From: an uncultured Spirochaetota bacterium
GTDB lineage: Bacteria > Spirochaetota > Spirochaetia > SZUA-6 > Fen-1364
Length of the DNA stretch: 64,000 bases
Direction: 5' to 3'
Assembly: GCA_963734545.1 (NCBI GenBank)
Contig: CAVTHO010000006.1
Location: 192,001 to 256,000 of the forward strand
Of the stretch, positions 31,652 to 40,797 are shown piece by piece. A program made the translations under genes and the position numbers. The notes beneath the pieces are model-generated. The model searched no databases and was not told where the DNA came from. It saw only the letters and a program-made list of their open reading frames with translations. Position 1 is the first letter of the stretch, and every line of letters starts with the position of its first letter.

Positions 31652-31680
31652 CGATCCGCGGAATACGCGCGTACGCGTTC
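31652..31680 (+). repeat. Truncated repeat-family unit with half of the double-hairpin insert
   Basis: CGAT CCGCGG A ATAC GCGCGTACGC GTTC, ending just before TTGCAC. Confidence 0.5.
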
Positions 31681-31717
31681 CTTGCACTCCCGCACGCTTA
31701 CCGGCTATAGTCGCCGG

Positions 31718-33491
31718 ATGGAGAGCATGAAAAGATCCGTCACGTGCGGCGCACTGCGCGCATCCGACGAAGGCAGGACGATCACCCTCAACGGCTGGGT
31801 GCACCGGCACCGCGACCATGGCGGCATCAGGTTTTTCGACATCCGCGACCGTTACGGCCTTACCCAGGTGGTGGTGAATGCCGACGCGCCCGCCGAGCTG
31901 CGCGCGGCCAGCGAGGAGCTGAAGTTCGAGTACTGTGTCGCGGTGGAGGGCACGGTGCATGCGCGGCCTCCCGCCATGGCCAATCCGCACATGCCGACCG
32001 GCGAGATCGAGGTGCACGCGTCAAGGATCGTTATCCTCAGCCGCTGCGACGTGCTTCCCTTCATGATCGATGAAAAGGCGGACGCGCGCGAGGACACACG
32101 ATTCAAGTACCGCTACCTGGACCTCCGCACCGGTGCCATGCAGCGCAATATCGCGCTTCGCCACAGGGCGGCGCTCGCCACCCGCGAGTACCTTTCCGCC
32201 CGCGGCTTCTTCGAGATCGAGACGCCGATGTTCATCAAGTCCACACCCGAAGGCGCCCGGGACTACCTGGTTCCTTCCCGTCTGAACCCGGGAAAGTTCT
32301 ACGCTCTCCCGCAGTCTCCCCAGCTCTACAAGCAGATCCTCATGGTCTCGGGCTTCGACAGGTACTTCCAGATTGCGCGCTGCTTCCGGGACGAGGACGC
32401 GCGCGGGGACCGGCAGCCCGAGTTCACCCAGATCGACATCGAGATGAGCTTCGTGTCGCGCGAAGACGTGTTCGAGCTGGTCGAGGGGCTCTTCCTGAAC
32501 ATTTTCACGAAATCCATCGGCCGGGAAATCACCGTTCCCTTCCCGCGCATTTCGTACGACGACGCGATGAATCTCTACGGATCGGACAAGCCCGATCTTC
32601 GATTCGATCTGAAGATGCAGGATTTCGGGGCCTTTGCCAAGCAGGGCGGATTCGAGGTCTTCAAGAAGGTCATGGAAGGCGGCGGTGTCGTGAAGGCGCT
32701 CGTTGCCCCCGGCTGCGGGGAGTACTCGCGCAAGCAGATCACGGACCTGGAGGCGGTGGCCAAGGTGTACGGGGCCGCCGGTCTTGCGTGGATGAAGGTG
32801 ACGGATGCGGGGCTGGAAGGCGGCATTTCCAAGTTCTATGGGGAACAGGCCGCGGCAATCCGCACGGCGCTCGGGGCCCGGCCGGGAGACTTGGTCCTCA
32901 TGGTGGGGGCGGACTTCCGCAAGGCCTGCCTCTCCCTCGGCGCGGTGCGCGTACAGCTCGGCAAGGACCTGAAGCTCGCCGAATCCGGCGACTTCAAGTT
33001 CTGCTGGATCATCGACTTCCCCTTGTTCGAGTGGAACGAGGAGGGCAGGAAGTGGGACCCGGCGCACCACATGTTTACGATGCCCCAGGAGAGGTTCCTG
33101 GCGGACTTCGAGAAGAGGCCCGCGGAAGTAAAGGGCGACCTGTACGACCTGGTGTGCAACGGGGTGGAGCTCGCGTCGGGCTCCATCAGGATCCACGACC
33201 CCGAGCTGCAGAAGCGCATCTTCAGGTTCCTCGGCATCTCCGACGAGCAGGCGCGAGCAGCGCTTCGGCTTTCTGCTGGAGGCCTTCCGCTACGGGCCGC
33301 CCCCGCACGGGGGCATCGCGCCCGGGTTCGATCGTCTCGTTGCCATGATGGCGGGTGAGTCCACGATCCGCGAGGTCATCCCGTTCCCGAAGAACACCCT
33401 CGGCCAGTGCCCCATGGATGACTCACCCTCGGCAGTGGACCCGAAACAGCTCGAGGAGCTGCACATCCGGATCATCGAAAAGAAGGAGTAA
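31718..33491 (+). CDS. aspS: Aspartate-tRNA ligase (frameshift near 33255)
   Basis: [32 protein letters not shown], then [12 protein letters not shown] in the shifted frame. Confidence 0.96.
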
Positions 33492-33517
33492 GAGGCCGGG
33501 CCCCGGCAGACGGGACG

Positions 33518-34258
33518 TCAGCCCGGCGCGTTACTCTTTTTCAGTATCTCCACGACGACCTGCGCAATGACGTCTATGAGGGCCGGGTCCACGTCCTCCA
33601 GGACGGGCCTTGACCTGCCCCATCCCTGCTGCTCACGGACCTTGTACAGCTCGGAGACTTCGCTCGTGCTCAGGGGCTTGGGCTCCCCGAGGATGCGCGT
33701 GACGAGCCGCACCCGGGCGTACATCTCGAGCACTTCCATGCGGTAGTAGGCCTGCATCACGTCCGCGCCGACGGTGAGCGCCCCGTGATTGGACAGGAGC
33801 AGCGCCTCGCAGTCGGGAATCTCCTTGACCACGGCGTCCGGTATCTCCTGCGTGGTGGGGGTGCCGTATTCGGCGAATCCTATCTTCCCGAGCCCGAAGA
33901 CCACCTCGGGGAGTATCACGTCCTGGTCGAGCCGGATGCGGCACGCGGCAAATCCGGTGGCTGCCGGAGGGTGGGCGTGCACGATGGCCAGCACGTCCGG
34001 TCTTGCCCCGTACACGGCGAGGTGCATCCTGGTTTCCGAGCTGGGCTTGCGGTCCCCGCTGATGACACGCCCCTGCATGTCCACCTTCAGGATCTGCGCG
34101 GGGGTGACATCGCCTTTGTTCATACTTGTCGGAGTGATGAGCAGCTCGTCCCTGGAGAGCCGCACGCTTATGTTGCCGTCATTCGAGGCAACGAAGAACC
34201 TTTCGCAGAGCCGCCTGCCGGCCTCCACGATCTGACGTCTGGCTTCCTCTTCCTGCAT
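33518..34258 (-). CDS. Class II aldolase/adducin family (fuculose-1-phosphate aldolase-like)
   Basis: DGNIS, PSSE..MH, HAHPP, LLSNHG. Confidence 0.9.
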   Translation of the reverse strand: MQEEEARRQIVEAGRRLCERFFVASNDGNISVRLSRDELLITPTSMNKGDVTPAQILKVDMQGRVISGDRKPSSETRMHLAVYGARPDVLAIVHAHPPAATGFAACRIRLDQDVILPEVVFGLGKIGFAEYGTPTTQEIPDAVVKEIPDCEALLLSNHGALTVGADVMQAYYRMEVLEMYARVRLVTRILGEPKPLSTSEVSELYKVREQQGWGRSRPVLEDVDPALIDVIAQVVVEILKKSNAPG

Positions 34259-34512
34259 GCCGGGCATTGTACCAGAAAAGTGGCCCGCGATCCTCCGGCG
34301 GCGTCAGGCGGTTGCGCCTGGCAGCCCCTCCCAGTAGTGGAGTAGATCACGGGCCGAAAGATTGTTACTTAATTATCAATTAGTAGAGATAGTTGACCAT
34401 AAAATTACATTTGTCAAGTTATTATTGCAATTTTATTATCACTATTTGTATGAAAATGTTGATTTTTCTCATCTATTGAGATATTCTACCCGGGCCCAGG
34501 AAACAACGGCAA

Positions 34513-35277
34513 ATGCCTACGAGCAAAAGACGGGAGCGGCTTTCCCAGATACTCGGGATGCTCGAGCAGACGCGCGGCGCCACCATCGGGGATCTTTCCG
34601 AAAGGCTCGGCGTGTCCGAGATGACGATCAGGCGTGACCTCGAGCTGCTCACGAGCGACAACAAGGCAACATTGGTGCGCGCCGGCGCAATTCCCGCGAC
34701 GCACGCCGGCTATGCCCTGTCAGATCCACGGGCCGCCGGGGCGTCGGAGAAGATGCGAATAGGCAGGAAGGCGGCATCTCTTGTGGAAAAGAACGATGTC
34801 GTGATCATCGACTCGGGGTCCACCACGGAATGGCTTGCACGGAGCCTTCCACCGGACCTGCCCGTGACGATACTGTGTTTTGCGCTGAACATCCTGCTGG
34901 GGGCCGGCAGGGGCAGGGAGCGTGCGATTGTGCTGGCAGGGGGAGTCATGCAGCAGGACAGGCTGGTCTTTACGAGCCCGGAGGGGGTCGACCTTGTCCG
35001 CCGCTATCGGGCCCACAAGGCTTTTCTCTCCGCCGACGGCGCGAACCTCTCTCTCGGCGTGACCTGCGCGGACGGAGCCGAGGCGGAGCTGAAGAAGGCC
35101 GCCATGGCCTCCTCCCAGTCGCGCATCCTTCTGGCGGATTCCCGCAAGCTCGGCAGGGTGAGCCCCTCGTGGTTCGCGAACCTGAAGGATTTCGACGCGG
35201 TCATCACGGACACGGGCATCACCCTCGAATACGTGGAGATCTTCCGCACGCTGGGCGTCGCGCTGCACGTGGTCTGA
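34513..35277 (+). CDS. DeoR/GlpR-family regulator
   Basis: VSEMTIRRDL HTH, IDSGSTT, LADSRK. Confidence 0.92.
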   Translation: MPTSKRRERLSQILGMLEQTRGATIGDLSERLGVSEMTIRRDLELLTSDNKATLVRAGAIPATHAGYALSDPRAAGASEKMRIGRKAASLVEKNDVVIIDSGSTTEWLARSLPPDLPVTILCFALNILLGAGRGRERAIVLAGGVMQQDRLVFTSPEGVDLVRRYRAHKAFLSADGANLSLGVTCADGAEAELKKAAMASSQSRILLADSRKLGRVSPSWFANLKDFDAVITDTGITLEYVEIFRTLGVALHVV

Positions 35278-35294
35278 GCGCGCGGCACCGGGGG

Positions 35295-36290
35295 TCAGCC
35301 TTTCAGGGCGGCATGGATGACCTGCGCCTGCACGCGGAGGTCCTCTGTCTCCTTGGTCCAGAACGCCTCGCTTCCCCATTCGGGAAAGCTCTCACGGAAC
35401 CAGTAATCCGCCCGCTGGCGCGCCCGCCAGGCCAGGAAGTAGATCATGCGCATGAATCGAAGAGGCTCGATCAGCGTCAGCGTCTCCCGATCGAAGGGGG
35501 CGAACTGTTCGTAGCCCTCCAGCAGCAGCGCGAGCTCCCGCCTGCTTTCCGAGGCGTAGCCGGGCAGCACGAGCCAGATGTCCTGCACCGGCGGTCCCAT
35601 CATCATGTCGTCGAAATCGATGAGCACGAGGCCCTGTCCGGCCCGGTCGATGATGTTGCCGCGGTGGCAGTCGCCGTGAATCCTGCGCAGGGCCAGGCCG
35701 TCGAACAGGGGAGCGGCGGCCTGGAGCGTGGCATCGCAGACGGCCTTGAACTCGTCCCGGCATTCCGGATGCACCAGCTCGTCGGCAAGGAGCTCCTCCA
35801 CGAAGCCTGCCGTGAGTCCCTGCGGCGTGCAGACCGCGCGCTGCGAGGCGGGCCTGCGGGCCGCGGCGACATGGCACCTTCCCAGGAGCGCCCCGAGCCG
35901 GCGCAGGTCCTCGTCGGACTCCGGCTCGTAGGTGCGGCCGCCGGTTCTCGGAAACAGCGCGAAGAGGAACGACTGCCCGTCCGGCTGGTCCGGCTTCGTT
36001 TCCCGGAGAGTGCCGCCGTCGGCGGCAGGCAGAGGCGCGATGACAGGGACCTCTGCCTCCGCGCAGTCGAGCAGGAACCGGTGCTCGTCGAGAACGCCAT
36101 CCCGGCTCCAGCGCCCGGGACGATAGAACTTTGCCACGTAACGAGCGCCGTCCTCCCCGCGTATTCCGTACACGCGGTTGACATAGCTGGGATATGCCTC
36201 CAGGGTGCCGTCCAGTGGGAGGGCATACGCGTCTTCCACCGCGCGCACCACGGCACCGGGGGAAAGCGACTCGAACGAGCCCGCGACCAT
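35295..36290 (-). CDS. srkA: Stress-response Ser/Thr kinase, SrkA/RdoA (YihE) family
   Basis: SYVNRVY, KFYRPGRW, IHGDCHRGN, IDFDD, VQDIW; GGAGG RBS. Confidence 0.88.
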   Translation of the reverse strand: MVAGSFESLSPGAVVRAVEDAYALPLDGTLEAYPSYVNRVYGIRGEDGARYVAKFYRPGRWSRDGVLDEHRFLLDCAEAEVPVIAPLPAADGGTLRETKPDQPDGQSFLFALFPRTGGRTYEPESDEDLRRLGALLGRCHVAAARRPASQRAVCTPQGLTAGFVEELLADELVHPECRDEFKAVCDATLQAAAPLFDGLALRRIHGDCHRGNIIDRAGQGLVLIDFDDMMMGPPVQDIWLVLPGYASESRRELALLLEGYEQFAPFDRETLTLIEPLRFMRMIYFLAWRARQRADYWFRESFPEWGSEAFWTKETEDLRVQAQVIHAALKG

Positions 36291-36404
36291 CTCTGCCTCC
36301 CTGCGAGGGGGACTATATATGCTCGCGCACCATGAGGATAGGCCGGCAAATCCATCGGCTGCGGTGGCGGGGCCCTTGCATATCCGTCGATATTCTGCCA
36401 GAAC

Positions 36405-38048
36405 GTGTGGACCGTGATTACCGTCAGCAATCTCGTTCTCTCCTTCGGCAGCCGCTTCCTTTTCAAGGACGTCAATCTCAAGTTCACTCCGGGCAACTGT
36501 TACGGGATCATAGGGGCGAACGGGTCCGGCAAATCCTCGTTTCTCAAGATCCTTTCCGGCGAGCTCGAACCGGACAAGGGCGAAATCAGCGTGGGAGCGG
36601 GCAAGCGGATGTCCGTCCTGAGCCAGGACCATTTCGCCTTCGAGGAATACAAGGTACGGGACACCGTCATCATGGGGTCCCCGCGGCTCCATGCCGTCGG
36701 GCAGGAGAGGGAGGCGCTGTACGCGAAAGCGGATTTCACCGACGCGGACGGCATGCGCGCGAGCGAGCTGGAAGCGGAGTTCGGCGAGCTGGGCGGCTGG
36801 GAGGCGGAGGCCCAGGCCGCGACCCTCATGGCAGGGCTGGGCGTGCCGGAAGCTTTTCACCAAAAGCTCATGCAGGAGGTGGACGAAGGGGTCAAGGTGC
36901 GTGTGCTCCTTGCCCAGGCGCTTTTCGGGAACCCCGACATCCTACTCCTGGACGAGCCCACCAACGGTCTGGACCTCGCCTCGATCTCCTGGCTGGAAGA
37001 GTTCCTCATCGAGTTCCCCAACATCGTCATTGTCGTCTCGCATGACCGGCATTTCCTCAACGCGGTCTGCACCCACATCTGCGACATAGACTTCGGGCAG
37101 GTGCGCATGTATGCCGGCAACTACGACTTCTGGTTCCGCATCAACCAGATCCTCGCCCTGCAGCAGAAGGACGAAAGGAAGAGGCGGGAGGAAAAGGTCA
37201 AGGATCTCAAGGAGTTCATCATGCGCTTTGCGGCGAATGTCTCCAAGAGCAGGCAGGCCACCTCGCGCAAGAAGATCCTTGAAAAGCTCGAAGTGGATGA
37301 CTATGTGCCCTCCAGCCGGCGTTTTCCCTATGTGGCCTTCAAGCCCGCCCGCGATGTGGGCAACAATGTCCTGGCGGTTGCCGGTCTTTCGAAGACACTC
37401 GAGGGCAAGCCGGTGCTGGCCGCCCTGGACCTTACAGTCAACAAAGGGGACAAGATCGCCTTTGTCGGCCACGAGCACCTTGCCAAGACGGCGCTTTTCC
37501 GGATCATCGCCGGGGAGGAAAAACCCGACGCGGGCACCTTTGCCTGGGGCCAGACCATCGCCTGGTCGTATTTTCCCCGGGAAAACGCGGCACTGTTCGA
37601 CTCGGATCTCTCGCTCCTGAACTGGCTCGCGCAGTACAGCAACAGTGACGACGCGACATTCCTCCGCTCGTTCCTCGGCCGCATGCTTTTCTCCGGCGAC
37701 GAGGCGCTGAAGCCCGTGCGGGTTCTCTCCGGCGGCGAGCGGGTGCGGTGCGTGCTGGCCCGGCTCATGCTTTCCGGGGCAAACTGCCTGATTCTCGACG
37801 AGCCGACGAACCATCTCGACCTGGAAGCCATCGAGGCGCTCAACGACGGTCTGGTCGACTTCACCGGCGTGATGCTCTTCACCAGTCATGACCATCAGTT
37901 CGTCACGTCGATCGCGAACCGGATCATCGAGATCTGCCCGGGCGGCGTCATCGATCGGCGCATGAGTTTCGACGACTACCTGGAGGACAAGAAGATCTCC
38001 GCGCTTCGCGACAGCTACTACCATGGACACGTCATCGCCGAGATCTGA
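36405..38048 (+). CDS. ABC-F ATPase (YbiT/YkpA-like)
   Basis: Two ABC domains and no TM; GANGSGKS, LDEPTN twice, GNYDFW, QATSRKK linker. Confidence 0.92.
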   Translation: MWTVITVSNLVLSFGSRFLFKDVNLKFTPGNCYGIIGANGSGKSSFLKILSGELEPDKGEISVGAGKRMSVLSQDHFAFEEYKVRDTVIMGSPRLHAVGQEREALYAKADFTDADGMRASELEAEFGELGGWEAEAQAATLMAGLGVPEAFHQKLMQEVDEGVKVRVLLAQALFGNPDILLLDEPTNGLDLASISWLEEFLIEFPNIVIVVSHDRHFLNAVCTHICDIDFGQVRMYAGNYDFWFRINQILALQQKDERKRREEKVKDLKEFIMRFAANVSKSRQATSRKKILEKLEVDDYVPSSRRFPYVAFKPARDVGNNVLAVAGLSKTLEGKPVLAALDLTVNKGDKIAFVGHEHLAKTALFRIIAGEEKPDAGTFAWGQTIAWSYFPRENAALFDSDLSLLNWLAQYSNSDDATFLRSFLGRMLFSGDEALKPVRVLSGGERVRCVLARLMLSGANCLILDEPTNHLDLEAIEALNDGLVDFTGVMLFTSHDHQFVTSIANRIIEICPGGVIDRRMSFDDYLEDKKISALRDSYYHGHVIAEI

Positions 38049-38076
38049 GCCGGCCCTTCCGGCGCGTGAGGGACGC

Positions 38077-38946
38077 GTGAACCTGTCGAAACCAGTCACG
38101 GAAATCATCCCGCGGCGCTTTTCCTGCCGGACGTACCGCGAGGCTCCCCTCGAGGAGGCGCAGCGCAGGACGCTCGCTGATGCGGCGGAAGCCATGCGCG
38201 AAGGCCCGCGGGGCACGCCGGTGCGTTTTCGACTGATCGCTTCGACCGGGGAAGACGCCGAGGCGCTCCGAGGCCTGGGGACCTACGGATTCGTCAGGGG
38301 CGCGAGCGGGTTCATCGTCGGGGCAGCGGCCGCGGGTGACGCCTGGCTCGAGGACTACGGCCACGCCTTGGAAATGCTCGTCCTGCTCGCAACAGATCTC
38401 GGCCTCGGCACCTGCTGGCTCGGCGGCTCGTTCACCCGCAGCTCCTTCTCCCGCGCCATTGAAGCCAGGGACCCGGAGCGCGTGCCCGCAGTGGCGGCGC
38501 TCGGCGTGATGCCGGATCTGGATGCCGCCCGTAATGGCATTGTGCGCCGCCGGGTGGGCGGGGCCCGGCGGCTTCCGTGGGAGAGCATTTTCTTCGACGG
38601 AAAATTCGGATTACCTTTGACACCGGAGGCCGCGGGCCCATTTGCCCCGACACTGGAGATGGTGCGCCTTGCCCCGTCGGCATCCAACAAGCAGCCGTGG
38701 CGGATCGTCCGGGAGGCGAACGACTGGCATTTCTTTCTCCAGCGGACTCCGGGATATACCGGGGGTCTGGCCGGCAGACTCCTCAGGCTGGAGGACATCC
38801 AGCGCGTGGATATGGGCATTGCGATGTGTCACTTCGAGCTTGCCGCGCGGGAGCTCGGTCTTCCCGGGGCCTGGGCGGTCCGCGCGCCGCGCATCGAGCT
38901 GCCGGGTCCGCTCGTCGAATACAGCGTGACCTGGGCGATGAAATAA
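38077..38946 (+). CDS. Nitroreductase-family protein
   Basis: RRFSCRTY, GLGTCWLG, APSASNKQPW, DMGIAMCHF. Confidence 0.88.
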   Translation: MNLSKPVTEIIPRRFSCRTYREAPLEEAQRRTLADAAEAMREGPRGTPVRFRLIASTGEDAEALRGLGTYGFVRGASGFIVGAAAAGDAWLEDYGHALEMLVLLATDLGLGTCWLGGSFTRSSFSRAIEARDPERVPAVAALGVMPDLDAARNGIVRRRVGGARRLPWESIFFDGKFGLPLTPEAAGPFAPTLEMVRLAPSASNKQPWRIVREANDWHFFLQRTPGYTGGLAGRLLRLEDIQRVDMGIAMCHFELAARELGLPGAWAVRAPRIELPGPLVEYSVTWAMK

Positions 38947-38980
38947 CGGCGCTTCGAGAACGTCCCTGAGGAATAACAGA

Positions 38981-39057
38981 TAATGTCACGGAGTACGGGA
39001 GTACCCGTTCGGCGAGTACGCCGTACCGTGACCGCGAATGTCACGGAGAACCGTGAC
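38981..39057 (+). repeat. RAAT-hairpin tandem: one filled unit and one empty unit
   Basis: TAAT GTCACGG A[GTAC+26 nt]GTAC CGTGAC CGC, then GAAT GTCACGG AGAA CCGTGAC. Confidence 0.88.
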
Positions 39058-39069
39058 TGGGGAGTCTGC

Positions 39070-40797
39070 ATGCTGAAGCTTTTCAGGAATCTCAAACCCT
39101 ATACTTTTCCCGTTGCGCTCGTGGCGCTCCTTGTCGCCACCCAGACGATCACCGAGCTGTACCTGCCCACCCTGATGGCGGACATCGTGGACATGGGCAT
39201 CGTGAAAGGGGACACCCCGTATATCCTGAGAACAGGGGGCCTCATGCTGCTGGTGGCCATGGGGGGAATGGTGTGCGCGCTCGTTGCCGCGCTGTTCTCC
39301 GCGCAGGCAAGCATGGGGTTCGGCCGGGATCTTCGGAAAAAGATCTTTGCCCGGGTGGAGCAGTTCTCCCTGCACGAGTTCGACATCATCGGCACGCCTT
39401 CCCTGATCACCCGGACCACGAACGACATCACCCAGGTGCAGATGTTCACCATGATGCTGATGCGGATGATGATCATGGCCCCCCTCATGGCGGTCGGCGG
39501 CGTCATCATGGCGCTGCAAAAGGATGCGAAGCTGACATGGGTGCTCGTCGTGGTGATCCCCATCCTCGCCGCCCTGATCCTCCTCATTGCGGGCAGGGCA
39601 ATGCCGATGTTCAAGGCCATCCAGGCAAAGATCGACAGGATCAATCAGGTGCTGCGCGAAGGCCTCACCGGCGTGCGTGTCATCCGGGCCTTCAACCGCG
39701 TGGACCATGAAAAGAGGCGCTTCGACGCTGCGAATCTCGACCTTACCGACACCTCGATCAAGGTCAACAAGCTGATGGCGTTCATGATGCCGGCCATGAT
39801 GCTGCTCATGAACCTCACGGCGATTGCCATCATCTGGTTCGGCGCAAAGAGGATCGAGATCGGGGAAATGCAGATCGGCAGTCTCATGGCGTTCATCCAG
39901 TACGCCATGCAGATCCTCTTTTCCCTCCTCATGGTCTCCCTGCTCTTCATCATGCTGCCCCGCGCCTCCGCCTCGGCGGGCAGGATCAACGAGGTCCTTG
40001 CCATGACGCCGGGGATCAAGGATGTCGATACCCCCCGGAAAGCGGACAGGGAGCATGGATACATCGAGTTCAGGAACGTCACCTTCAGCTATCCGGGGGC
40101 GGAGGAACCCGCCATACGGGATGTCTCCTTCAGCGCCACACCGGGCGAAGTGACCGCGATCATCGGGGGAACCGGCGCCGGCAAGTCGACCCTCGTGAAC
40201 CTCATTCCACGGTTCTACGACGTGGCGTCGGGGAGCATCCTCGTGGACGACGTGGACATCCGCGAGATGGCGCAGGACGATCTCCGACAGAGGCTCGGTT
40301 TCGTTCCGCAGAAAGCGGTGCTGTTCAACGACACGATCGCCAGCAACATACGCTACGGCAGGGAGGATGCCACTGACGCGGAAGTGGCGCACGCCGCGGA
40401 AACCGCCCAGGCGCTGGACTTCATCCTCGCAATGCCGGACGGCTTCCAGTCTGTCATCGCGCAGGGAGGGACGAACGTGTCCGGCGGACAGAGGCAGCGG
40501 CTGGCAATCGCCCGTGCCCTGGTGAGGAGACCGGAGATTTACATCTTCGACGACACCTTCTCGGCGCTGGATTTCAAGACGGACGCGAAGCTGCGCGCCG
40601 CGCTCCGGAGGGAGACCGGGGATTCGACGGTGATCATCGTTGCGCAGCGGGTCAACACGGTCATGGACGCGGACAGGATCATCGTGGTGGACGATGGGCG
40701 CGTGGTGGGCATGGGCACGCACCGGGAGCTGATCGGCACATGCGAGGTCTACCGTGAAATCGTCTCCTCGCAGCTTTCCGAGGAGGAGCTGGCATGA
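39070..40797 (+). CDS. Heterodimeric ABC exporter subunit (TMD+NBD, degenerate site)
   Basis: 6 TM segments, GGTGAGKST, VSGGQ, IFDD. Confidence 0.93.
   Translation: MLKLFRNLKPYTFPVALVALLVATQTITELYLPTLMADIVDMGIVKGDTPYILRTGGLMLLVAMGGMVCALVAALFSAQASMGFGRDLRKKIFARVEQFSLHEFDIIGTPSLITRTTNDITQVQMFTMMLMRMMIMAPLMAVGGVIMALQKDAKLTWVLVVVIPILAALILLIAGRAMPMFKAIQAKIDRINQVLREGLTGVRVIRAFNRVDHEKRRFDAANLDLTDTSIKVNKLMAFMMPAMMLLMNLTAIAIIWFGAKRIEIGEMQIGSLMAFIQYAMQILFSLLMVSLLFIMLPRASASAGRINEVLAMTPGIKDVDTPRKADREHGYIEFRNVTFSYPGAEEPAIRDVSFSATPGEVTAIIGGTGAGKSTLVNLIPRFYDVASGSILVDDVDIREMAQDDLRQRLGFVPQKAVLFNDTIASNIRYGREDATDAEVAHAAETAQALDFILAMPDGFQSVIAQGGTNVSGGQRQRLAIARALVRRPEIYIFDDTFSALDFKTDAKLRAALRRETGDSTVIIVAQRVNTVMDADRIIVVDDGRVVGMGTHRELIGTCEVYREIVSSQLSEEELA

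Noticed and set aside
33240-33270. Programmed frameshift in aspS
   Set aside because: No slippery site; one of many similar indels, so assembly error is more likely.
29843-33358. 1171-aa ORF suggesting a giant AspRS fusion
   Set aside because: The N-terminal about 625 aa is the antisense shadow of two real minus-strand genes; AspRS homology and its promoter begin at about 31718.
36405-38048. ABC-F as an antibiotic-resistance factor
   Set aside because: Motifs fit the housekeeping YbiT/YkpA type; no leader peptide or attenuator seen.
38981-39033. Three-way junction as hammerhead ribozyme or tRNA fragment
   Set aside because: Lacks the CUGANGA/GAAA core and the tRNA T-loop/acceptor features.
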